The position numbers were made by a program, and so were the translations under genes. 64,000 nt of DNA, from IMG/VR virus record IMGVR_UViG_3300045125_000077; one strand, written 5' to 3'. This DNA comes from a virus. The notes under the pieces were generated by a model. It was not told where the DNA came from, searched no databases, and saw only the letters and a list, made by a program, of their open reading frames with translations. Positions 12,201 through 22,084 of the stretch are shown here, piece after piece; within the stretch, counting starts at the first letter, position 1, and the number at the start of each line of letters is the position of its first letter.

Positions 12201-14651
12201 AGAAGCCAGTCTTGACGCTAATGATGCACTTGCATTAGTGAATGCAAAATCTGTATATGTTACTGCCGCAGATAATGAACTGCTAAACGTGTCAAAATTT
12301 GCATTAAGTTCATTCGACCGTTGGGCTAATGAAGAACTGGTGTTTGAAAATACAGTATCTACACTTGAAATTGTTGCAGAAATAGAAGCACTTGCTAGAT
12401 TTATACTAGAAGATAATGTAGTAGACCTTGTAGCAAGAGAAGAACTTAAATCTGTAAAGGTTTGTTCCACAGTGCTTATTGTAGCCAACAGTGAAGCACT
12501 GGTATTTACAAAACTTGAAGAAAGAATAGTTGCTCTTGATGCCAATGAAGAACTAAATGTTACAAATGTTTCTTCGGTCGTGGATATAGATGCTGCCAAT
12601 GAAGCACTTTGAGAATTAACATTAGAATCAAGAATAGAAACTCTGGAAGCAAGGGATGAAGAATTATCTACCAAAGTTTGCTCAATCGTGGTTATAGAAG
12701 CAGCAAGTGAGGCACTATCTATGAATACCGCGCTGGACGAAAGTTGGGACAGGCGTTGTGCCAAAGATGAGCTTGCATTAGTAAATGCAAAATCTGCGCT
12801 GGTTATTACCGAAGAAAACGACGAACTGAATTCATATACACTAGCAGATACTATTGTAGTTCTAGAAGCAAAGGATGATGACAGTGTAGTTATTGCTGTC
12901 TCATTTTCTGATATAAATGAAGAAAACGAAGAACTTACTCCATTTATACTAGAATTGATTGATACCAACCTTTGCGCCAAAGAAGCTGATGTGTCAGTGA
13001 GTGTGGTGGAAGATTCAGATATTGACGCCGCGATAGAAGCACTTGCATTTTCTATATTTGAAGACAACGTAGAACTTCTTTGTGCAGAGAAGAAGAAGTA
13101 GTTACAAATGTTTCATCCAATGAAGCGATTGTCGCAGAAATTGAAGAGCTCGCGGTAGTAATATCAGATGATAAAGTTGATATTTTTGTGCAAGAGACGC
13201 CGATGCGTCTGTGAAAGTAGTATCAGCGGTGGAAATTCTAGACGCTAATGATTGGCTGGTATTTGAAAAACTTGCTTCTAGAAGCTGCGTTCTTTCCACC
13301 AAAGAAGAGGAAACTGTAACAAATGCCGTATCTGCATTTTGTATTAATGCCGCAATCGATGCGCTATTTTCATTGAAATTTACCGCAGCAGCTATTGTAG
13401 TTATTCTTCCAGACAGAGATGACGATGCGTCAACAAATGTAATGTTATTGTCTGATATAGAAGATGCAAGAGACGAGCTTGCGTTAGAAAGTGAACTTCT
13501 AAGCTCATCTATTGTTAGTGCAGAAGATGCGCTGGTTGTAGTAAAAGAATCTCTTACAGATTTTACGCTAGAATCAAGAGAACCGGATACATTTGTAAAT
13601 GACGTGGACAATTCCACAATTTGGGTAGCCGCCGAAGAACTAAAAGTTGTCAGCGTCGATGAAAGTTGAGTTATTGTTGCCGCCAACGATGCGCTATCCA
13701 AAGAACCAGACCCAGCTATATACGAAGAAAGGTTTTCTACTTTTGCTGCCAAAGAAGAACTTGCGTTTATAAAAGTATTATATGTTGTATTTATTGATGC
13801 AGCGAGCGACGCACTATTAAAATTCGCAGTAGAACCAATTGTATCAATTCGAGTTGCAATAGATTCGCTGGTAGTAGTTAATGTAGCTTCTATAGTTTTT
13901 ATAGAACTTGCCAATGAACTACTATTTGATGTTAAAGACGACCCAAGGCTGTTTATATTTGCCGCAAACGACGAAGAACTATCCGAAAACGCCCCGTAAA
14001 CAGAAGTTATATATGCCGCAGTAGATGCGGAGTTCTGCAATAGTGTTTCACTAAATGCTCCATAACTCGCAGATAAAGATGCAGATACTTGATTCAACCT
14101 ATTTACAACTGAAGAAGATACGCTAGTCAATGAGCTATTCAACGAGTTTACTCTCGTACTAAGAGAACTCGATGCAGCAGTTAATACTCTTACATTAGTA
14201 GAAATGGAAGAAGAAAATAAACCAAGTTCTTGTCTTACTACATCAATCGATTCTGTTGGAAGAGATATTATTGGTCCACCACCTTGTTGTATTGTAAGCG
14301 TGCCATTATTTTGGTCAGTCAATTTAACCGACCCTACATACAAACTCCCAGAAGTAACGTATATATCCCGCCATCTACGAGAAGGGCTACCCAAATCATA
14401 CATGTTGTCAGTTTGGGGAATTATACTCTGATTTACTTGACTTAAATCAATAGAGCCACTTACAAATGAACCACTACCACCAGAGCTTAAATATGGTAAA
14501 CTGGACCACGATGCTGTTCCATTTCCTATTTTAAGTTTTCCGGTATCTAGTTCAAACCCAGCTTCGCCGGATATAAAGTAGGATTTACTGCTGTCCAATT
14601 TGCAGCAGTATCACGCTTTAACTGAATTCTGGAAATTCTAATTGTTGCCAT
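291..14651 (-). CDS. giant tail fibre/tip protein (~4,780 aa, split by indels): Mtd_N-like N-terminus, ~4,300-aa Ser/Thr/Ala repeat coiled coil, DUF1983/TipJ-like C-terminal domain followed by AGTIT-type repeats
   Basis: ATG at 14651 reads MATIRISRIQLKRDTAANWTAVNP, then after a 1-nt shift SGEAGFELDTGKLKIGNGTASWSSLPY (Mtd_N motif). ORFs 13102-14598, 10302-13067, 7276-8298, 2982-7130 and 2144-3088 carry the same repeat. ORF 753-1679 has QYTVKVTAGNRVAGFRLAAD...FIVQVDEFKIV...PFTVDGGGVYLDSAYV (DUF1983-like). The stop at 291 is inferred by hand translation. Confidence 0.8.
1400..13100. repeat. nested coding tandem repeat: 54-bp half unit, 108-bp (36-aa) unit, 324-bp (108-aa) super-unit, interrupted by degenerate AT-richer blocks
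   Basis: Unit SSSLAQSITTLSSRIDGN/SSSLAASITRTDTTNVTF. The 60-nt lines starting at 3301 and 4921 are identical (offset 1620 = 5x324); the same line recurs at 6001 (offset 1080 = 3x324+108). Confidence 0.97.
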
Positions 14652-14663
14652 TTTCTATAAATA

Positions 14664-16900
14664 TCACGTAGACCCAGCATCTCCACCATCTAGAACAATA
14701 TCTATAATTGTTCCACCACCTCCGCCACCGCCTCCACCACCGCCCCTCCACCACCGCCACCTCCACCACCGCCACCGCCTATTACAACAGTAAATGGGAT
14801 ATCGCTGGATACTATACCTAATGGATCTACGAATAATTTTGTTTTTAATGGCATAAATCTTTTATTATAAGCAAATGTATATGAGTTTTTACCATATGCT
14901 AGCCTGTTTTGGGCGTCATATAGTTCCATTTCTATCTCATATAGTTCATTTGGCACCTTTACCGGCAATGGTATTTTGACGCTAAAACTATCAATGGAAT
15001 AATCTATGTTTTGATATGGCTGTATAGAAATATCAGATATATTCCATTCGCCTTTGCTTGGTGCGAGCAATATTGTACCAAATGACTCTTGTTCATTGAA
15101 AAATGATTTTTCATATGCTTCATTAGCACCAAAGTTATATGCACTATCTATATATCCAATCATTTTTTTAGTTGTTCCGCTTATATAATAAGTATATAAT
15201 TTAGCATCATTTGAGTTGTTTGGTCCTGCTTTAACGTTCATACTGAACTTATATAAAGTATTTTGACGCAATCTTATAGGATTACTATCGTGAACTTGAC
15301 CATTTATCAGGTTTTCTTGTGATGCACTATAGTTTGATATATATGGAATATTATTTATGCCAAGATATGATGACGTTGGATATATACCATAGTTTATAAA
15401 CGCATCTGTATTAGCATACCAATATGAGTTATTTAGCAAGTTTGGTGCATAATATGTAAAGTCTCTTGAGCCGGAAAAAGTATTATCTTTGAATATTACA
15501 TAATCAGTTAGTGAAGAATTGTCGGCGTGGCTTATTTTTGCACCATTTATAAGCACTTCATTGCTTTGTGTAAATACACAGCCGCCTTTTATAAACCAAT
15601 GTTTATTTACGTGGAGCATTGTTATAGAAGTATGATGTATTTTCATACAAGGCATTATCAAACTTAGTTGAACGTATAACATTTTCTGCTTCTATAGTTC
15701 CCTGAGACAATAATATTTTTGATTCTGGGCCATTTAAGCTTCTGCCATATATTTTGTAATATGATAAATCTCCGCATAATGTTCTAGCATTGTTGCATTC
15801 AACGTTTAGTACAGAAACAAAATATGTTGAACCGGATGGATCTGCTCGTGGTAAAGATACTGGTATTTGTTTATGGAATATTTCAAATCCACCATCAGAC
15901 AAACTTAGCGCATAAAAATTTTTCTTATGAAATACAGTTTGCTTGGCAGCATCATCTATAACAGTATATCCTTTCAACTGCACAAGATTATTTTTAGCAT
16001 ATGGAGAGTCTTCGTTGGTATTATTGATAAGTTCAGATACCGTAGCAAATGGTATATCAAGTATTATAGATGTTTCATTTACTACACGTTTTATCTTGGA
16101 AATAAAGTCTGTATTTAGCACACCTTGATATTCTACTCTATTATCTCCAAAGTTTGTATAAGTAAATTTTGTTACGGTTGGATTTTTTAGGCGTATACTT
16201 TCGCCCTCCATAGATGCATTGAACTTGTTCCCAGATTTCCAATACAACTGATATATTGCATTTTCAAACTGATAATCATAATCTCCATTCGCATTATTTT
16301 TTGGAGTTATTGCAATAGCGGAAAATGTGCCAGAAGAAAGAGTATATGAACTTGTTGGATATGATGGAAGAGAATATATTTCTGCTTTTGTTCTGATATA
16401 CGGTGAAGTAAAAAATCTAATTTCAGACTCAGTCTTTTTTGTTGTGTCTATCAGTAAATTTCTTGTCCAAGTAACTTCTCCAGTTTCTAATTTGGTGCTG
16501 TCGGACGGAGCACTTGTAAGAGGCAATCTTTGATTTCTGTTTATTTTGTATCCTACATTATTATAATAAGCAACAAGACCAGTATATCCTTCCAAATTTA
16601 GCCCAAGTGCAGTTATTTCTATTCTACCAATACCATTTATTGTTTCTTCTGGTACATTTATATAATACAACTGACCAGTAAGTGTTTGTTCAGAAAATGC
16701 AGAATTGGTTGGTTGAATTATACCAGAAGGTAAAATATTACCTTGAGTATCATATACTCTTACTGTAATAGGAGTATTGGGTATTACATATGGCGTCGTA
16801 TTTAGCGTAAATGAGTTCTTACCTGCTTTTAGTATATCACTAAAATTAGTTAGAAAAAGTAGGTATTAGAGATGTTGTCCGCGTCAAATAGTTGTTCCAT
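14664..16900 (-). CDS. putative virion structural protein with a C-terminal poly-Gly linker (~745 aa, frameshifted)
   Basis: ATG at 16900 (MEQLFDADNIS...) joins ORFs 15603-16670 and 14702-15682; the corrected end reads (G)n-TIIDIVLDGGDAGST*; TATTTATA box upstream. Confidence 0.65.
14713..14780. repeat. (CCN)n tract encoding ~22 Gly on the minus strand
   Basis: ccaccacctccgccaccgcctccaccaccgccc... run visible in the sequence. Confidence 0.9.
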
Positions 16901-16934
16901 AGGTTTTTATATTTCCTATGGTTATAAATATATA

Positions 16935-19900
16935 TTAGACGCTATTATCTATCTTACTGAAGCCGTTTTCCTTCTTTATCTCAAGTTGCTTGTCTACCAT
17001 ATCACGCATGGCATCAAGATGGCTTATTATAATAATAAAATCAAAGTTTCGCTTCAAATAATCAAACAATGCATGCAGCATAGGAATATTATTGCCATCT
17101 AAAGCTGAAAAACCTTCATCTACTACAAGATAGTTTGGTCTTGGTAGATTGCTTATGTTGATGAAGAGCAACTCTAAGTGCCAAACCAGATATGAACTTT
17201 TCCATACCTGAACATAGTTCAAGTGGCCATTTTTTGTCTTCGTATTTGATATATACGTTTACATTTTTGCCGTCTGTTTCTATAGCAATGCTAAACTCAA
17301 CAATATGAGATAATATGCTATTTACTTCTTGCTCAATCTTTTGGAATAGCATCTGATATGATTTGATATGGCACGCCATCCTTGCCAACCGCAGAGATAT
17401 AATACTGATATGCTGCCAAGTCATCTTCATATTGCTGTATGGTAATCAACTGCTTTTCTGTTTCTTTTAGTTGGTCGCCAAATGATATTTTTTTGCTATA
17501 TGCATCAACATATTCTTTTTCTATGTTTTTTAGGCGAGAAGATAATGCCGGATGACTTTATCTTTAGTTCAGATATAACATCTTCTATAGCCTTATTACT
17601 TTCCACAATCTCTTTGGACTTTTCATATAGTTCTATAGAGTTTTGCAGTTCAGTTATGCGAGTTGTGTTTTTATCAAATGCTGACTTTAGATTTGATTTT
17701 TCAAGTTCCTTTTGGATATAAACGCAGTAAGAGTGTTTACAAGTTCTTTTAGTTTTACGCTTTCTTCATACTTGAGCACATATTCAGCATATGTTTCCAT
17801 TTCTGCTTTTACATTTGACAGCGACTCAGATAGTTCTTTTGCTTCTGATTTATCGGCAGCAAGGCTTTCGCGTGTTGCTATAGCATCCTTTACAAAGATA
17901 TTATCGCAGCAAAATCTACAGTTAGGGTCATACTCGTGCTTATCTAAATGAGCCAGCTTTTTTAGCTTTTCATTTACAAGCGTTTTGAGTTTATCCATTT
18001 CATTTTCAATACGCTGCTTGGTTCTGGTCAATGACTGATATTTGTCATTCTTTTCTTTGAGGTCATCTGGAAACTCTTTTAGTTTGTTGGACGCATCAAT
18101 ATATTCTTGTTTCTTGCCAATCGTTTCGTTGTCTATTTTTTCAATATATTCAAGCGTCTGCTTGTTCTTTAGCACAAGAGACATCTCGCTCACGAACAAT
18201 AGGCATTATGTTAGTAGGCACGTTTTCAAGTTTTACAATAGTATCCTTTTTGGCTTCTATCTGAGCATCAATATCGTTCTTGGATATTGCCAGTGCGTCC
18301 TTTTGCTCGTTCAAGTCGTTGAGTTTGGCGTCAAGTAGTTCTATATCGTTCTTGGTTTGACTGATTTTCTTCAAGCCATTTTCCTTGTTGAACAACTTGA
18401 CTGCACCAGATAGTTCCTTGGTTTTGTCGGACGCCAAAGATGCCAACTTATCAAACAAGTTCAAGCCAATGAACTGACTAAGCAGTTCTTTGCGTTCTGT
18501 TTGACCCATATCAATAAAATGAACCTTGATTGCCTTGCAAGGCAAGAGTAGTCAATACAAAGTCGTCATAATCGCCGAGATAATCGCGTATGATTTCGTT
18601 GGTGCTGCGGCGTGCCTCACTATTCAGGCTTACTTTTTCATCGCCGTTCATCTTGTAAAAGTTTACATCAACCTTTACATTGTTCTTTTTGTCTCTCTTA
18701 CCTCACGCTCTATGACATAATGAACGTTGTTGATTTCAAAGGTAAACTTGCCGCTGAATGACATCTTTTGAGAGTTCATTACGTGCGTGGCCTTGAATGC
18801 TCTTGCACTCCTTGTCAAAGACCGTAAAACACAACGCATCCATTAGAGAACCTTGCCGCTGGCATTGGCAGCAAACAATCCATATACATCTTCAAGTTTG
18901 GTAAAATCAAGAATGTTATTTTCGCCATAACTGAACATATTACTGAACTCAAACTTGATTGGCTTCCAGCGAATGTTTCTGGATGTATCATCCTTGGTGA
19001 GCGATGCATTCAGGTCTTTGTTGATTTTATTGACAGCGTCAATAGTTTCGTCATCCATTACATCCACAAACTTCTTTTTCAGATATTCAGATACAATCTT
19101 GTTTTGATAATCTATGTTGCCGATTTGATTTAGGTTTGAGATGTTTTGTGCCTGAGCAACTTTGGTCGCACCATCTGTATCTACTCTTACATAAATCAAG
19201 TCGGTGATTTCATATGTTTTGCGAAGTTCGTTGATTATCTTCTTTACTTCCGTAGCGACACTTTCTTGCAACGCACACGCAGTTTTGGTTTTGCGTGGCA
19301 TGGTAGTGATGTCAGTAATCAGTTTGCCGTCATCAACATCTATCGTAAAATACCCATAGTCGTTTGGTATTTCAATATGAGAATATGTTCTTTGCTTGAT
19401 ATTCCACAATGTAAATCCGTGTCCAAGCAATGCTTCGCCGTGGTTCTGCTGAATAAGAGAACCAGCATATCGTATAATAGGTTTTTCAGTTGCTTTATCA
19501 TAACTTTGTAAATCTTGAATCATATGAATATCACCAAGCATGGCAATATCGTGTCCGTCAAATAGTTCATTAGTAATCGTCTTATCTGATACTGCATATC
19601 CTATATCCGTCTTTGCGTTCAACACACCGCCGTGAAATAACGCAATCTTATCATCAAATGTCATTTTTATCTTCTTGATACATTCTTCATCTTGATGTAT
19701 TTGGTAGGGTCATCAAATACACTCATGTTATTGATTAGTAAGTTGGCGGCACCATACAATCCTGTATTCTTGAGATAAAAAGTTTAGCGTGCTTTAGATT
19801 TTCAACAATGGGAGATATACTATCAAGTCGCGTAACATTTGTCAGCAAGCAGTCGTGATTTCCAGCAATAACAATCGTTGGACGAAGTTCTGCTAATCTA

Positions 19901-20142
19901 TGAAAAACTCGCTGGTAATCTGCACAGCTTCTGGACTCAAATCAACTTTGCTATGAAGTGTGTCGCCAGTATTGATAATCACCGTGCTTTCTGGCGTCTT
20001 TGACTATTTCAGCATACAGCTTCTCAAACGCCTCTCTATATTCTTCGTGGCGTTTTGTAAGACGAATATGTATGTCGGATATATGAACAACATAATCAAC
20101 TTTATCCAGTCCTATATCCAGTTTCTCAAATGTATCTACCAT
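16935..20142 (-). CDS. SbcD/Mre11 (gp47-like) metallophosphoesterase fused to SbcC/Rad50 (gp46-like) ABC-ATPase
   Basis: N-terminal HISDIH, GD and GNHD motifs. ORF 18843-19664 runs unbroken from MLGDIH to FSNMFSYG...ANASGK (Walker A). Central coiled coil with CRFC zinc hook. C-terminal CSGMEKF signature, VVDEGFSALD Walker B and ISH switch. Confidence 0.9.
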
Positions 20143-20146
20143 AAAA

Positions 20147-21140
20147 TTATTTTCCTAATCTTAAGCAGGTTAGTGCCCCAAAGTCAAGCACATCCGTTTG
20201 TTTAATCTGGTTTATAGTTTTTTCAAATCCAAGCACGTTGGGATCTTTGCCTTCTAAACGCACAAGCTTGGCAGTTTTTCCAAGAGATTGTATAAAGTCT
20301 CGCAATCTTGATGGCACTATTCAACGCATCATCGTCTAACACAATATTGACTTCAGGACATTTGCTGGGAAGTTATTGCTGCTTGAAGTTTTTGCTCATT
20401 GTTTTGCCAAATAGTGGTATGGCATTACGCTTCAGTGATATAGCATCGAGCGCACCTTCACATAGATATATTGGATAATCAAAGTCTATCATATTCTCAA
20501 ACCCAATGATATTCTTGTTAAACTCGCTGTTCTTATATTTGTAGCCGTCATCATAATAACTGCGACAACTATAAAAGTTTAAGTTGTTGTCTTTGTCGTA
20601 TGATGGAAATACAAGACGGTCGGCAAATGGACCCTTTGAGCAATATCCAATGTTATATTTACCACAATATCACACAACGATAGTTTGCGTTTCTTGGCAT
20701 AGTTGAACGCGACTTTTATATTCTTCTGCTGCCGTCGTTTTCTGCCAAACTTTTGAAGTCCCAGGCATAAGAAAAAGTGATTCGTGTTTTTCAACTCTCA
20801 ACTTCACCAACTTTGAGTGATAAAATCTTGCTGTCAAACTCTGATAGATTTGGTTTATGCTTACGGCATATCGGTCATTATCCCGTACTTTGTCCAATCA
20901 TATCGGACGTTACGTTCATTCTTAAACAGCCAATATAATCCACGGACCCTTGGCATTACATACCCAGCAGTTCCATTTGTTGGGTTCATCGAGACACACT
21001 TCCATCTTTGTCTTATGATGGTGGCAGCGAGGTTTCAATGATATACTATATTGTTGCCCTTTTGCGTAGCCTGCCAAGTTTCCTTTGAATGCTCTGTTCA
21101 GCAAACCTGGTAAGTTCTGTTTATTTTTTAGTGATGACAT
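20147..21140 (-). CDS. DNA primase (CHC2 zinc finger + TOPRIM), frameshifted
   Basis: CHHHKTKMEV...WNCWVCNAKG zinc finger; hand translation gives YLCEGALDAI...PLFGK...IVLDDDA...KDPNVLG (TOPRIM). Confidence 0.85.
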
Positions 21141-21178
21141 TTACCATATCACTATACAGATAATGGTAAAGTAGTCAA
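21141..21178 (-). promoter_or_regulatory. sigma70-like promoter TTGACT-N16-TATAGT overlapped by inverted repeat TTACCAT-N15-ATGGTAA
   Basis: Directly upstream of the primase ATG; inverted-repeat arms at 21141-21147 and 21163-21169. Confidence 0.55.
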
Positions 21179-21187
21179 ACTATAAAA

Positions 21188-21683
21188 TCAACCCGCCAAA
21201 CTGAGCACTATGGCGTCTCGCACATCTTCCATACGCTTCTCTTCAGTTCCTTTTATTGAGAACGGTCCATTTGGTCATATCATACATCTTTATCAATACT
21301 TTCTTTAACAAACACTTTGGGTTTTACGCCTTTGATTCTGGCGGCTCCAAGTGCCTTTTTACGAGCAGTTTGTGCGTGAATGCTCTCTAGACTCACGCCA
21401 TAATGATTTTCAAGTATATAACCTACCACAGCCTTGTTTTTGACCAGTTTAATAATGACTGCTGCTGAGAAGTACCGCCGCCAGCAAAGCCAAACAAACT
21501 TTCTTCAATCATTATCTTATCAAAACTGTGACCAACCAGAGTTTTTATAATAAGGTCGGCTTTGTCTTGATACTTCTCGAGCATCTGAAATATCAATATA
21601 AGCCACAAGCTAATATTACGCTTGTTTTCTGTTATCGCCCATCCACAAGTAGTTGTGGATAAATCCAATCCCAACACTTTCAT
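21188..21683 (-). CDS. ruvC: RuvC-like Holliday junction resolvase
   Basis: MKVLGLDLSTTTCGWAI; IMIEESLFG; C-terminal EDVRDAIVL carrying the acidic catalytic residues (across frameshifts). Confidence 0.8.
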
Positions 21684-21703
21684 ATAACCATTTTTATAAT
21701 AAA

Positions 21704-22051
21704 TCAACCGTAGTATGCGGTATTGCTGTGACGCAATGTGTTTCTAGCGTAATTTAACGCAGAGTTATTAAATCCGCCGTTTCTAGTAATAAAAGGTATA
21801 AAAGAATTTGGTTGGAATGTGCGAGTATATTGGTTATCAATGTAAGTACGTGTGGACTGGTAAAATGGAGAACCTGCCTTGGCGCTTTCTCCCCATCCAC
21901 GGTCTCCTATATTATTTCTTGGTGCAATAAGATGTGAGCGAATATTTCCATATGCTGATGCACCGAGACGAGCATCCGTGTGTATGGTTCTGTACAATGT
22001 TTCCAGTTTCTCTTGTCCCGAAGGTGTTGCGATTGGTTCTAGTGCTGGCAT
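21704..22051 (-). CDS. hypothetical protein (115 aa)
   Basis: MPALEPIATPSGQEK...YYG*; TATTTATA box 24 nt upstream of the ATG. Confidence 0.6.
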   Translation of the reverse strand: MPALEPIATPSGQEKLETLYRTIHTDARLGASAYGNIRSHLIAPRNNIGDRGWGESAKAGSPFYQSTRTYIDNQYTRTFQPNSFIPFITRNGGFNNSALNYARNTLRHSNTAYYG

Positions 22052-22084
22052 ATATAAATTTCTCCTATTATTTATTATAAATAT

